Positions 19,102 to 29,429 of a DNA stretch of 42,764 nucleotides are shown piece after piece. Positions within the stretch are counted from its first letter, which is position 1. Every line of letters starts with the position of its first letter. Source of the DNA: Candidatus Curtissbacteria bacterium RIFCSPHIGHO2_12_FULL_41_17 (lineage in GTDB: Bacteria > Patescibacteriota > Microgenomatia > Curtissbacterales > GWA2-41-24); NCBI GenBank assembly GCA_001774945.1, contig MFBL01000008.1, forward strand, positions 9,310 through 52,073, written 5' to 3'. The translations under genes were made by a program, and so were the position numbers. The notes beneath the pieces are model-generated. The model did no database searches, had not been told where the DNA came from, and was given only the letters and a program-made list of their open reading frames with translations.

Positions 19102-19131
19102 ATACTACCAAAGAAAACCCGAAGATGTCAA
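19102..19131 (-). promoter_or_regulatory. lexA promoter with a candidate operator
   Basis: TTGACA (19131-19126), N18, TAGTAT (19107-19102). The spacer contains TTCGG-GTTTTC-TTTGG; the ATG is 6 nt after the -10. Confidence 0.72.
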
Positions 19132-19232
19132 TAAGCAACCCGATCTGCCATCCGGTTTTGCGCAAAGCCTAAAACCCCGGTGTTGTCAATATATTCATTA
19201 TTGCACTATAACTCCGTGGAGTCTGCCAGTAT

Positions 19233-20363
19233 TTATCTGGAAGGAAAAGCGGATCCAAGCCTGAATCTCAATTTACTTACCGTAGATCGCTTAGGCAATC
19301 CGGTTGTAGAAAGTGTAGCTGCCCCAAAGACAAGCCCGGCACCTAAGCTCGCGACGACGATCATTTCATCAGGGTTTAATCTACCCTCATAGTAAGCATC
19401 ATGCATAGCAAGGGGGATAGTTGCGGCCGAAGTATTTCCATATCTGTTTATATTTATATAGACCCGCTCAATAGGAAAATTTAGAAGTTTTGCAGTTTTA
19501 ATTATAATTTCCTTATTTGCCTGATGAGGAATAAATAACGAAATTTCCCCAGGCTTTAAATTAGCTTTTTTCAGTACTGCTTCAGTCGACTCAGCCATTC
19601 TTCTAATTGCTTGTGCTTCGATAATTGGTCCGTTCATTTGTAAGCAATGCATGCCATCTTCGACAGTTTGCATGGAAGTTGGATGTTTAGTACCACCCCC
19701 CGGGATTAATAAATCAGTTTGAAACTGCCCATCTGCACCTAAATGAAATTGAACTTTGGAGGCATCTCCCTGCCTGTCTTCGACCATATCAATTACCAAG
19801 GCTCCTGCCGCATCGCCAAATAGTCCATAAGTGTCTGGATGTGAGGGATGTATGTGTTTGCTTAAAACTTCAGCACCTATTGCAAGCTGGGGGCCGCCGC
19901 TTCCAAATTGACTTGTTAAATCTTTAAATACGTCGTGAAGAGCATATAGGGTTCCGGCGCAGGCAGCCTGAATATCTTTCGCCGGAATTCCGTTTTTAGT
20001 TTCAAGTCTGTATTGAACAACAGGTGCGACCGGAACACCAAGGTAATCTTGCGACATTGTTGCTAGAGTAATGGATGTTATTTCCCTGGGTGATTTCTCG
20101 GCCATCCTCAGGGCTTCTAAACTAGCTTCAGTAGCAAGATCAGAGGTGCATTGTTCCTCGTCTGCCCAATATCTCGTATCTGTACCGATAGGGCCAAGCA
20201 TTTTAAGAACAGAATTTCTTAATCTTGGTAACAGATCAGGGTTTCTGCCGCGCGATTCGTTTCTGTACTGGGCAACAGCCTCTGCAATGTCGTGGTTAGT
20301 TACTAATTTCCGGCCTACACTTTTCCCGATACCAATAATTCCGGGCATTTCTCGTTCGCTCAT
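19233..20363 (-). CDS. fabH: 3-oxoacyl-ACP synthase III (FabH-like ketosynthase)
   Basis: Catalytic triad intact: AACAG (Cys), FIPHQAN (His), GNTSAA (Asn). Also LFGDAAGA. Confidence 0.88.
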   Translation of the reverse strand: MSEREMPGIIGIGKSVGRKLVTNHDIAEAVAQYRNESRGRNPDLLPRLRNSVLKMLGPIGTDTRYWADEEQCTSDLATEASLEALRMAEKSPREITSITLATMSQDYLGVPVAPVVQYRLETKNGIPAKDIQAACAGTLYALHDVFKDLTSQFGSGGPQLAIGAEVLSKHIHPSHPDTYGLFGDAAGALVIDMVEDRQGDASKVQFHLGADGQFQTDLLIPGGGTKHPTSMQTVEDGMHCLQMNGPIIEAQAIRRMAESTEAVLKKANLKPGEISLFIPHQANKEIIIKTAKLLNFPIERVYININRYGNTSAATIPLAMHDAYYEGRLNPDEMIVVASLGAGLVFGAATLSTTGLPKRSTVSKLRFRLGSAFPSR

Positions 20364-20435
20364 TTAATTTGCTGTATGACTGAACATTTTATCACTGGAA
20401 TCAATATTTACAAAATCATATAATTAAGCTTTGAC

Positions 20436-22430
20436 ATGGAATTTAAACTGACGTCTTCATATAGGCCAGCCGGGGATCAACCTCAGGCGATTGAAAAACT
20501 GACAACTGGTGTTAATAATGGGTTCAAACATCAGACTCTTCTAGGTGTAACAGGATCGGGAAAGACATTTACGGTTGCCAACGTAATTGACAATACCGGC
20601 AAACCGACTTTGGTAATCTCGCACAACAAGACTCTGGCAGCCCAGTTGTACCAGGAATTTAGAGAATTTTTTCCAAAAAATGCCGTTTGCTATTTCGTTT
20701 CATATTATGACTACTATCAACCAGAGGCTTACATGCCTGCAACAGATACTTATATTGAAAAGGAGACCGAAGTAAATGAGGAGATTGACAAATTGAGACT
20801 GGCGACAACAACCGCACTTGCTACAAGGAATGACGTAATAGTGGTAGCTTCCGTTTCCGCTATTTATAACATTGGATCTCCACATGAATATCAAAATGCC
20901 CGTTTGCTGCTTGAAAAAGGACAAAAATGGGTAAGATCAGAATTATTAAGCGAATTTGCCAGACTTCAATATGAAAGAAACGATATAGATTTTACAAGAG
21001 GAACGTACAGAGTTCGCGGTGAAAATATTGAAATACTGCCCGCGTACGAAAACAGAGGGCTGCGGCTAAGCTTTAAAGAGGATTTACTAACTAAGCTGGA
21101 AGCGATTCATCCAATTACTGGAAAAACCGTTGACAATTTTGACAGTTTTGCCTTATATCCGGCAAAACATTATGTTGCTTCAGAAAAGTCAACAAAAAAA
21201 GCTATTGAAACTATAAAAGTAGAGCTTGAAGAAAGGCTTAAGGTTTTTACGGCTCAAGGAAAGCATTTGGAAGCTCATCGCTTAAGAGAAAGAACTAACT
21301 ACGATATCGAAATGATAAATACTATTGGGTACTGCAAAGGTATTGAAAACTATTCAAGACATTTTGACGGAAGGCTGCCGGGCGAACCGCCATATAGTCT
21401 GCTTGGTCACTTCCCCAAGGATTTTCTTTTGGTAATTGACGAATCCCATATGACGATTCCCCAAATTCAGGGTATGTACAGAGGAGATCGCGCAAGAAAA
21501 GAGATGTTAGTTGACTTTGGTTTCCGTCTGCCATCGGCTTACGACAACCGCCCTTTAAAATTTGAAGAATTTGCTAGAAAAATAAATCAGGCAATATATA
21601 CTTCAGCCACACCTGCTGCATACGAAATTTCCATATCTAATCAGACAGTGGAACAACTCGTTCGGCCAACAGGACTTATGGATCCCCAAATTTCAATCAG
21701 GAAATCCGCAGGCCAAATAGAAAATTTAATTGCGGAAATTGACAAAAGGGCAAACAAAAAACAAAGGGTCCTTGTGACAACCTTAACCAAAAGAATGGCA
21801 GAGGAACTAACCGATTATTTAAAGGAAAAAAATCTAAGAGTGCAATATTTACACTCTGACGTTCAAACCCTAGATCGATCTGATATTCTGGATGATTTAA
21901 GATTGGGTAATTATGATGTTCTTGTGGGCATTAATTTACTCAGAGAAGGATTAGATCTTCCCGAAGTATCTCTAGTAGCTATTTTAGATGCTGATAAAGA
22001 AGGCTTTTTAAGATCCGAAACTTCATTGATACAGACAATGGGTAGAGCAGCAAGACATATAGAAGGTAAAGTAATTCTTTATGCGGACAACATAACAGGC
22101 TCAATGCAGCGGGCAATGGCAGAGGTCGAAAGACGCAGAAAAATCCAGCTTGCATATAATAAAAAGCATGCAATTACTCCCCAGTCAATTGAAAAACCGA
22201 TTAGGGAAAAGCTTATAGAAAGAGAGAAAGTCTACGGAGAGGAAAAAAGGATTTTTGCAGATCAGATTCTTGCAAAAACTTTAGAAAGGGCACGAGCAGG
22301 CGATATCCTGCCTGAAGATAAAACTAAATTAATAAAAGTTTTAACCAGGGAGATGAAAGACGCAGCCAGAGTCTTAGACTTCGAAAGAGCTGCCGTTTTA
22401 AGAGATCAGCTATTAGAGCTAAAACTTTAA
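20436..22430 (+). CDS. uvrB: Excinuclease ABC subunit B
   Basis: LLGVTGSGKT, FVSYYDYYQPEAY, DESH and QTMGRAAR motifs; C-terminal UVR domain. Confidence 0.98.
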   Translation: MEFKLTSSYRPAGDQPQAIEKLTTGVNNGFKHQTLLGVTGSGKTFTVANVIDNTGKPTLVISHNKTLAAQLYQEFREFFPKNAVCYFVSYYDYYQPEAYMPATDTYIEKETEVNEEIDKLRLATTTALATRNDVIVVASVSAIYNIGSPHEYQNARLLLEKGQKWVRSELLSEFARLQYERNDIDFTRGTYRVRGENIEILPAYENRGLRLSFKEDLLTKLEAIHPITGKTVDNFDSFALYPAKHYVASEKSTKKAIETIKVELEERLKVFTAQGKHLEAHRLRERTNYDIEMINTIGYCKGIENYSRHFDGRLPGEPPYSLLGHFPKDFLLVIDESHMTIPQIQGMYRGDRARKEMLVDFGFRLPSAYDNRPLKFEEFARKINQAIYTSATPAAYEISISNQTVEQLVRPTGLMDPQISIRKSAGQIENLIAEIDKRANKKQRVLVTTLTKRMAEELTDYLKEKNLRVQYLHSDVQTLDRSDILDDLRLGNYDVLVGINLLREGLDLPEVSLVAILDADKEGFLRSETSLIQTMGRAARHIEGKVILYADNITGSMQRAMAEVERRRKIQLAYNKKHAITPQSIEKPIREKLIEREKVYGEEKRIFADQILAKTLERARAGDILPEDKTKLIKVLTREMKDAARVLDFERAAVLRDQLLELKL

Positions 22431-22573
22431 AAGAGCCAGTAACCTATATATAGCGCTTGAACAGATCCTGATTTTAGTGATACAATTTTTAATCTTTTTA
22501 GAACACTTACTTTGACTCAAGATCTACGTTCTTGCAGTCAAAGGGCGCGTCTACGGGGCAAGCAATCTTAAAA

Positions 22574-25453
22574 ATGGATCAATTAGTAATAAAAGGAGCT
22601 CGTGTACATAATCTTAAGAATATTGATGTAACGATCCCCAAAAACAAATTAATTGTTTTTACCGGAATTTCAGGCTCAGGCAAATCATCTCTTGCTTTTG
22701 ACACAATTTATGCTGAAGGCCAAAGGAGATACGTCGAATCACTTGCGGCATATGCAAGACAGTTCTTGGGCATTATGGATAAACCTGATGTCGATTCAAT
22801 TGAAGGACTGTCTCCGGCTATATCTATCGACCAAAAATCGTCTTCTCATAATCCTAGGTCTACCGTTGGGACTGTTACGGAGATATACGATTATTTGAGG
22901 CTCCTTTTTGCCAGAGTAGGGCATCCTCACTGTCCGGTATGCGGCAGAGAAATCTCTCACCAGTCGCCACAACAAATTGTTGATCAGATTCAACTGCTTA
23001 AATCGGACACAAAAAAACCTGCAAGAATTCTTATTCTTGCGCCCGTAGTTCGTGACCGCAAAGGTGAATTTAAAGACCTTTTTAAAGACATTGCCAAAAA
23101 AGGCTATCGTTTGGTGCGTGTTGACGGTAAGGTCCAAGATGTCGACGAAGATTTTGTGCTAATAAAAACAAATAAACACTCTATCGATGTGGTGGTAGAC
23201 AAACTCACACTGCCGGCTGAAAAAAGCAGGTTAATTGAATCGGTGGAACAGGCTTTAAAACTTTCCGAAGGTACCATTATCGCCGCCAAAATCCATGATA
23301 AAACCTTTGAAATTCCAAAGTATCCCCGCCAGTTAGAAGATCATATTTTTTCTGAGAGATTTATGTGTCCTGTAGATAATGTTTCCATTCCGGAGATAGA
23401 ACCCAGATCTTTTTCTTTCAATTCACCTCATGGAGCATGTAGTGTCTGCAACGGTTTGGGTGTAATCAGAAAAGTCGACGACGTGCTTGTTTTTAACACA
23501 AATCTTTCTATAGCCGAAGGCGGCATTCTTCCATGGTCTAGAATTATTGAAAGCGACACCTGGGCATGGCGAGTTCTTGAGCATTTTTGTAAGGAGAACA
23601 AAATAGACATCGGCAAACCTACCGGCGAACTTGAACCGAAAGCAAGACAGCTTTTACTCGATGGAGATGACAGGTTATATCGCGTAAAAGGTCCTAACCG
23701 ATTTGGGCGTCTTGTTACCATCGACACCGAATTTGAAGGAATTATTGCCAATCTTGAAACCAGATATGGTCAGACGGAATCCGATTTTGTCCGGGGAGAA
23801 ATAGAGAAATTTATGAGAATAGATACATGTAACCTGTGTAGAGGAACAAGGCTTAAAAAAGAGTCACTCTCTATAACAATTCTGCGCTCATCAATTGCCC
23901 AAGTATCCGAAAAATCAACAGTCAAAGCCTATGAATGGGTTTTGCAGCTTGAGGGCAAGGATATACTTTCTGAAAGAGAATTAACCATTGCCAAACCAAT
24001 AATCAAAGAGCTTTCAGGCCGAATTAAATTTTTACTGGATGTGGGTTTGGATTATATAACCATTGACCGTGCAGCGTCGACTCTTGCGGGAGGAGAAGCA
24101 CAAAGGATAAGACTTGCTTCGCAAATAGGCTCCGGACTATCCGGGGTGCTTTATGTTCTGGATGAGCCTTCAATAGGACTTCACCAAAGGGACAATAACA
24201 GGTTGATAGAAACCCTTAAAAGACTCAGGGATTTACAAAACACTGTAATAGTTGTTGAGCACGACAGGGAAATGATGCTTGCTGCAGACCATATTCTGGA
24301 TTTCGGGCCGGGAGCAGGAGAACATGGGGGAAAGATTATTGCCCAGGGCACACCGCAACAAATCGTGAAAAACCCGCATTCCCTGACAGGTAAATATCTT
24401 GCGGGCAAAAAAGACATAAGTATTCAAAAATTCCGGCAGACAATTAAAGGGGCAGAAGAAAAATTTTTAGTAATTTACGGCGCAAGCGAACATAACTTAA
24501 AAAATATAGATGTCGCATTTCCGCTTGAAAAATTCATCTGTGTAACTGGAGTTTCAGGTTCTGGAAAGTCTACATTAGTTCACGACATCCTTTACAGGGC
24601 TCTGGCCCGTTCCTTTTACCGCTCGAAAGAAAAACCGGGAAATCATCTTGACATTTCAGGGATAGAAAATCTGGACAAAGTAGTTCTTATAGACCAATCA
24701 CCTATCGGTAGAACACCCAGATCAAACCCTGCTACTTATACGGGTGTTTTCACTCACATTAGAGAGTTATTTGCCAAAACTACCGAAGCACGTATTCGCG
24801 GATATCGTACCGGTCGGTTTTCTTTCAATGTAAAGGGAGGCCGCTGTGAAGCGTGTGAAGGTGAAGGCCAGGTAAAAATAACCATGCAGTTTTTGCCGGA
24901 TGTATATGTAATATGCGAGGTTTGTCAAGGCAAACGCTACAACGAAGAGGCACTGGAAATCCGCTTTAAGGAAAAAAATATTTACGAGGTATTGGAAATG
25001 ACTGTTGAGGTTGCTCTTAATTTTTTTGCGAATATCCCGCAAGTCAAACAAAAGTTAGAAACAATTTACGATGTTGGACTGGGATATATCAAGCTTGGAC
25101 AACCCGCCCCGACACTTTCAGGAGGAGAAGCACAAAGGGTAAAGCTTGCGACCGAACTTTCCAAAAGAGCAACCGGCAGAACGCTTTATATTCTGGACGA
25201 GCCGACAACAGGGTTGCATTTTGCAGACATTGAAAAATTACTGCTAATTTTAAGAAGACTCGTAGACGTAGGCAATACAGTAATAATAATAGAACATAAC
25301 ATGGAAGTTATTAAAAATACTGACTGGATTATCGATTTAGGACCAGAAGGGGGAGACAATGGAGGCAAAGTAATTGCAGCCGGAGCTCCTTCTCAAATAA
25401 TGAAAAATCAGCATTCATACACCGGTCTTTATTTACGAAAGTATTTTAAGTAG
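22574..25453 (+). CDS. uvrA: Excinuclease ABC subunit A
   Basis: Two ABC domains ([32 protein letters not shown]) and Zn fingers. Start placed at ATG 22574. Confidence 0.98.
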   Translation: MDQLVIKGARVHNLKNIDVTIPKNKLIVFTGISGSGKSSLAFDTIYAEGQRRYVESLAAYARQFLGIMDKPDVDSIEGLSPAISIDQKSSSHNPRSTVGTVTEIYDYLRLLFARVGHPHCPVCGREISHQSPQQIVDQIQLLKSDTKKPARILILAPVVRDRKGEFKDLFKDIAKKGYRLVRVDGKVQDVDEDFVLIKTNKHSIDVVVDKLTLPAEKSRLIESVEQALKLSEGTIIAAKIHDKTFEIPKYPRQLEDHIFSERFMCPVDNVSIPEIEPRSFSFNSPHGACSVCNGLGVIRKVDDVLVFNTNLSIAEGGILPWSRIIESDTWAWRVLEHFCKENKIDIGKPTGELEPKARQLLLDGDDRLYRVKGPNRFGRLVTIDTEFEGIIANLETRYGQTESDFVRGEIEKFMRIDTCNLCRGTRLKKESLSITILRSSIAQVSEKSTVKAYEWVLQLEGKDILSERELTIAKPIIKELSGRIKFLLDVGLDYITIDRAASTLAGGEAQRIRLASQIGSGLSGVLYVLDEPSIGLHQRDNNRLIETLKRLRDLQNTVIVVEHDREMMLAADHILDFGPGAGEHGGKIIAQGTPQQIVKNPHSLTGKYLAGKKDISIQKFRQTIKGAEEKFLVIYGASEHNLKNIDVAFPLEKFICVTGVSGSGKSTLVHDILYRALARSFYRSKEKPGNHLDISGIENLDKVVLIDQSPIGRTPRSNPATYTGVFTHIRELFAKTTEARIRGYRTGRFSFNVKGGRCEACEGEGQVKITMQFLPDVYVICEVCQGKRYNEEALEIRFKEKNIYEVLEMTVEVALNFFANIPQVKQKLETIYDVGLGYIKLGQPAPTLSGGEAQRVKLATELSKRATGRTLYILDEPTTGLHFADIEKLLLILRRLVDVGNTVIIIEHNMEVIKNTDWIIDLGPEGGDNGGKVIAAGAPSQIMKNQHSYTGLYLRKYFK

Positions 25454-25501
25454 ATCTCAATTATCTTGTATTAACCGCAGCCAGGTGGGATACTAAATTT
25501 A

Positions 25502-27385
25502 ATGAATTTTTGGCGTCTTGCGGGAATTTTTTTGTTTTTTAGCGCTATTTTTTTATTTGCCCAAACAAAAGTATTTGCACAAGGTGAATTCACTTCAGAT
25601 TATAAAGTAAACTATGCAATTGAACCATCAGGTCGAACAAACGTGGTTCAGGAAATTACCCTTAAAAACAATACTCCTAATTTTTACGCTGATAAATTCG
25701 AATTAAAAATAGGATCAACAAAAGTAGACAATGTAAAAGCCCAAGATGCATCGGGCCCTATGACTACAAATGTCAGCTTCGATAATAACGTAACAACAAT
25801 TTCGGTGAAATTTAACCAAAGAGTCATAGGTCTTGGAAAAACACTTCCATGGAAACTGTTTTATAGTTCGTCGGAACTGGTTACAAAATCAGGTCAAATA
25901 TGGGAAATATCAATACCAAAAATTGCCAAAAACCCGGATATCGGAATTTATCAGGTACAAGTTTTTGCACCCATCACGTTTGGCCCTGTAGCTGCAAGTG
26001 TTCCAACCCCAAAGTTAACAAGCCGCCAAGGAGAAAATCAAATATTCGAATTTGAAAAGGATCAGCTTCTTAACTTGGGTATTTCAATGCTACTTGGAGA
26101 AAAACAAATTTTTCAATTTACCCTCTCATATTATCTGGACAATAATAATTTAACAGCAAGAACAAAAGAAATTACGCTTCCTCCTGACAATAATTACCAA
26201 AAGATAGTAATTAGTTCAATTAATCCCGCACCTATCAATGTAAGGGTCGATTCCGAGGGAAATTTCCTGGCTCAATATAAATTGTCCCCGCGAGAGCAAA
26301 CTAGCATCGTTGTTTCCGGTTACGTGGAAGTTTTCACAAGACCTTTTAGAAACACAACCCCAAAACTTTCATCGGAAGACCGCAAAAGATATATTCAACC
26401 CCAGCGCTATTGGGAAACAGATTCGGCAATTATCAAAGACAAAGCAAATGAACTAGCTGGCCCCAAAGAGATATACGATTTTGTATCTAATTATTTATCG
26501 TACAGCCAAGAGCGCCTAAATACTGCCAACATTGAAAGGAAAGGTGCACTAGCGGCTTTTAACGACCCCAAAGATTCTGTGTGTATGGAATTTACCGATC
26601 TGTTCATCACTCTTGCCAGGGCAAAAGGCATCCCTGCAAGAGAAGTGGTTGGCTATGCATATAGCCAAAATGAAAGGCTAAGACCGTTATCGTTTACAGC
26701 CCAGGGCGACCTGTTACATGCATGGCCTCAGTTTTGGGACGACAAATTGGGCTGGATTCAAGTTGATCCGACCTGGGGATCAACTTCGGGCGGCCTGGAT
26801 TACTTCGATAAGATGGATTTTAACCACATTACACTTGTCCAAAGAGGTGCATCATCAACAACTCCCTTTCCGGCAGGTTCATTCAAAAAACCTTCTCAAT
26901 TAAATAAAAAAGACGTTATTGTGTCATTCGCTCAGGATTTACCAAACATAACAAATGCTCCACAGTTGTCTCTGATCACTCCGGAAAAAATTATTGCCGG
27001 GATTCCGGTTAAAATTCTTGCCCAGATAAAAAATATCGGAAGCACTTCTATTATCAGCGGCATGTTAATACTGGAAAGTAATGCACTGGCGGGGAACAAG
27101 TCCCAAATAACAGAGGTTGGCATTTTACCTCCCTTTTCCAAAAAAGAGTTTTCTTATAATTTTCAGACCAAAAGTTCATTTTCAAAGGTTTTTGATGTCA
27201 TATTATTAAGTTTTGCTGATGCCCAGATTTCAAAACCTATAACCATAACACCCCTCTATTTTCTGATAGCTTCAAAGTTATTTTTAATAAGCTTGGTATT
27301 TGCGCTTCTGATCATAATAGTAGGCCTGGTTCTCTACAAAAAACTTCACCAAACCAAAGTACCAAAAACCAAAGATTTACTGTAA
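25502..27385 (+). CDS. Membrane-anchored transglutaminase-domain protein
   Basis: Signal peptide, triad motifs VCMEF, LHAW and QVDPTW, and a C-terminal TM helix. Confidence 0.85.
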   Translation: MNFWRLAGIFLFFSAIFLFAQTKVFAQGEFTSDYKVNYAIEPSGRTNVVQEITLKNNTPNFYADKFELKIGSTKVDNVKAQDASGPMTTNVSFDNNVTTISVKFNQRVIGLGKTLPWKLFYSSSELVTKSGQIWEISIPKIAKNPDIGIYQVQVFAPITFGPVAASVPTPKLTSRQGENQIFEFEKDQLLNLGISMLLGEKQIFQFTLSYYLDNNNLTARTKEITLPPDNNYQKIVISSINPAPINVRVDSEGNFLAQYKLSPREQTSIVVSGYVEVFTRPFRNTTPKLSSEDRKRYIQPQRYWETDSAIIKDKANELAGPKEIYDFVSNYLSYSQERLNTANIERKGALAAFNDPKDSVCMEFTDLFITLARAKGIPAREVVGYAYSQNERLRPLSFTAQGDLLHAWPQFWDDKLGWIQVDPTWGSTSGGLDYFDKMDFNHITLVQRGASSTTPFPAGSFKKPSQLNKKDVIVSFAQDLPNITNAPQLSLITPEKIIAGIPVKILAQIKNIGSTSIISGMLILESNALAGNKSQITEVGILPPFSKKEFSYNFQTKSSFSKVFDVILLSFADAQISKPITITPLYFLIASKLFLISLVFALLIIIVGLVLYKKLHQTKVPKTKDLL

Positions 27386-27398
27386 AATTCCACTTGTT

Positions 27399-28658
27399 GT
27401 GGATCCAAAGCTTAAAACTAAAATTTCAAAACTTCCAAAAGAACCCGGTGTTTATATTTTTTTCGACAATACCGGTAGGGTAATTTATGTCGGAAAATCC
27501 GTTTCATTAAAAAAAAGAGTAATTTCATACTTCTCCTACAAGAATTTGGGGCCAAAAACAGCCGCCATGGTAAAAAAAATTGCCGATATTAAATTTATTA
27601 AAGTCTTTTCCGAATTTGAAGCTTTGCTTTTAGAATCAGAACTTATTAAAAAATACAAACCATTTTTTAATGTGCAGGCAAAAGATGATAAAAGTCCTCT
27701 TTATATCAAAATTGAGGACAACCAAATTCCCCTTATTACCACCGTCCGAAAAGGCAAGATGCAAAAAAGTGTCTTCGTTAAAGGACCGTTCCCGTCTAGC
27801 GCTAAAACACGGGAAATACTAAAAATAATTAGAAAAATTTTCCCCTATTGTCATCATAAAAACCCCAAAAGACCTTGCCTATACGTCCATTTAGGCCTTT
27901 GTCCTTATCCATACCAATCGCAAGAAGCACAAACAGAATATCTGTCAACTACTAAGAAGATAAAACAACTGCTTTCTGGCAAAACTTTCACGTTAATAAA
28001 GAAATTAACCAGTGAAATGCAAAGTTTATCAAATCTCCAAAGATATGAAGAAGCCCAAATAGTCAAAAATCAGGTCGACAACATTCAAAAAATTTTAAGA
28101 GAAATCCACAACCCCTTGGAGTTTATCAAAACTCCCACATTGGTAAGCGATCTTACTCTTTCGCGCCTTAAAGACTTAAAAGTTAAACTCGGTCTTTCTA
28201 AAATACCCAAAAGAATGGAATGCTATGACATTTCAAATTTAGGAGGTCTGCACGCAACGGGATCGATGGCTGTTTTTACAAATGGCCTGCACGATAAAGC
28301 GCAGTATAGAAGGTTCAAAATTAAGTTTACCAAAAGACCCAACGATTACGAAATGCTAAGCGAGGCAATGGCACGTCGTCTGAAAAACGCGTGGAAGTTG
28401 CCTGATTTGATAATAATTGACGGGGGACGAGGCCAACTTAATGCAGCACTTTCAATAATGGACAAGTTCAATGTAAACATTCCTGTTGTTTCTCTGGCAA
28501 AAAAGTATGAGCATATATATACACCTAAAAAAGTGCTTCCAGTATCACTTACCAAAGAAAGTCCCGCAAGGCAATTGCTCCAATCGATAAGAGACGAAGC
28601 CCATAGATTTGCCGTTAACTACCATCGTCATCTGAGGTCAAAGGCGTTTTTCAACTAA
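27399..28658 (+). CDS. uvrC: Excinuclease ABC subunit C (short form, no C-terminal HhH domain)
   Basis: PKEPGVYIF..IYVGKS (GIY-YIG), MECYDISN, IIDGGRGQL and RDEAHRFA; the ORF ends shortly after the last motif. Confidence 0.92.
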   Translation: MDPKLKTKISKLPKEPGVYIFFDNTGRVIYVGKSVSLKKRVISYFSYKNLGPKTAAMVKKIADIKFIKVFSEFEALLLESELIKKYKPFFNVQAKDDKSPLYIKIEDNQIPLITTVRKGKMQKSVFVKGPFPSSAKTREILKIIRKIFPYCHHKNPKRPCLYVHLGLCPYPYQSQEAQTEYLSTTKKIKQLLSGKTFTLIKKLTSEMQSLSNLQRYEEAQIVKNQVDNIQKILREIHNPLEFIKTPTLVSDLTLSRLKDLKVKLGLSKIPKRMECYDISNLGGLHATGSMAVFTNGLHDKAQYRRFKIKFTKRPNDYEMLSEAMARRLKNAWKLPDLIIIDGGRGQLNAALSIMDKFNVNIPVVSLAKKYEHIYTPKKVLPVSLTKESPARQLLQSIRDEAHRFAVNYHRHLRSKAFFN

Positions 28659-28718
28659 CTATTCTCTTAATATTGCAATCTAGTGTCTTTAAATGTAAAA
28701 ATCAAAAGTAACAGGAAA

Positions 28719-29120
28719 ATGCGTCATTACCTAAAAGCAATAATCGTTTCGGCTGTTTCTTTCTACACAGCATACACTCTTGTTCCAACAATAAAGATAG
28801 GTCAGGATCCCAAAAATATTCTTCTTTTGATAGGCGGCATCTTTATTATTTCCCAAATAATCAACCCGATTTTCTCGCTGGTTCTTCTACCTATTAACCA
28901 TCTAACATTCGGTCTGGTAATGTTTGTCTTAAATGCAGCCTTATTTTTTGCCCTTTTAAACTATCTGCCGGGTTTTGTTATTACCCCTTACGATTTTGCT
29001 GGGGCAAGTATTGCCGGCATCATTCTTCCCCCGATGAACTTTGACAAAATTACAACGATAGTTTTGGCGGCAGCGATAATAACTATAGTCCAAAAAATTC
29101 TTCACATTATTTTTGAATAG
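28719..29120 (+). CDS. YvlD-like 4-TM membrane protein (phage holin family IV-like)
   Basis: INPIFSLVLLPINHLTFGL..LN motif. Start placed at ATG 28719. Confidence 0.8.
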   Translation: MRHYLKAIIVSAVSFYTAYTLVPTIKIGQDPKNILLLIGGIFIISQIINPIFSLVLLPINHLTFGLVMFVLNAALFFALLNYLPGFVITPYDFAGASIAGIILPPMNFDKITTIVLAAAIITIVQKILHIIFE

Positions 29121-29159
29121 AAAGCTTTAGGGGTAAATACTACTTGTCCGGTGGGTTGA

Positions 29160-29405
29160 TAAACTTCCGAGGACTAAGAGTCCTCGGCCTTGCCTGCCGG
29201 CAGGCAGGTTTTGTTCTCTAAGTTTTAGGCCCGCAGTCCTGAGTCCTGAGCCAGTCGAAGGATCGAAGGACGAGGACCGCATGGCACTGTATACAAGAGC
29301 GTAGAAAACCACACCTTACGTGTTTTTTTGGTATACTCTCGGAAGTATGTAATCGCATTTTTGCATTCATCCCCACTTTAAAAAAGTGGGGTTTTCTGCA
29401 AGCGA
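29160..29405 (+). mobile_element. Gene-less IS200/IS605-like miniature element carrying nested palindromes
   Basis: Left hairpin CCGAGGACT-AAG-AGTCCTCGG followed by CCTTG. Right hairpin TTCAT-CCCCACTTT-AAA-AAAGTGGGG-TTTTCTGC. Both resemble IS200/IS605 end structures from recalled consensus; no transposase ORF lies between them. Confidence 0.45.
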
Positions 29406-29429
29406 TTATAACGGTTAAGATAACAATCA

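Noticed and set aside
27399-28658. Short UvrC and short HolA (10504-11196) as pseudogenes
   Set aside because: Reading frames and catalytic motifs are intact, and such shortened forms are expected in reduced genomes.
28719-29120. Holin as evidence of a prophage
   Set aside because: YvlD-like proteins are commonly chromosomal near uvr/yvcK genes, and no phage genes are present.
2537-29405. Hairpin clusters as CRISPR arrays
   Set aside because: No regular repeat-spacer periodicity and no cas genes.
29121-29429. Intergenic region as RNase P RNA, tmRNA, SRP or 6S RNA
   Set aside because: I found none of the signature motifs (GAGGAAAGTCC, a tRNA-like end, or the SRP helix-8 motif) on either strand.
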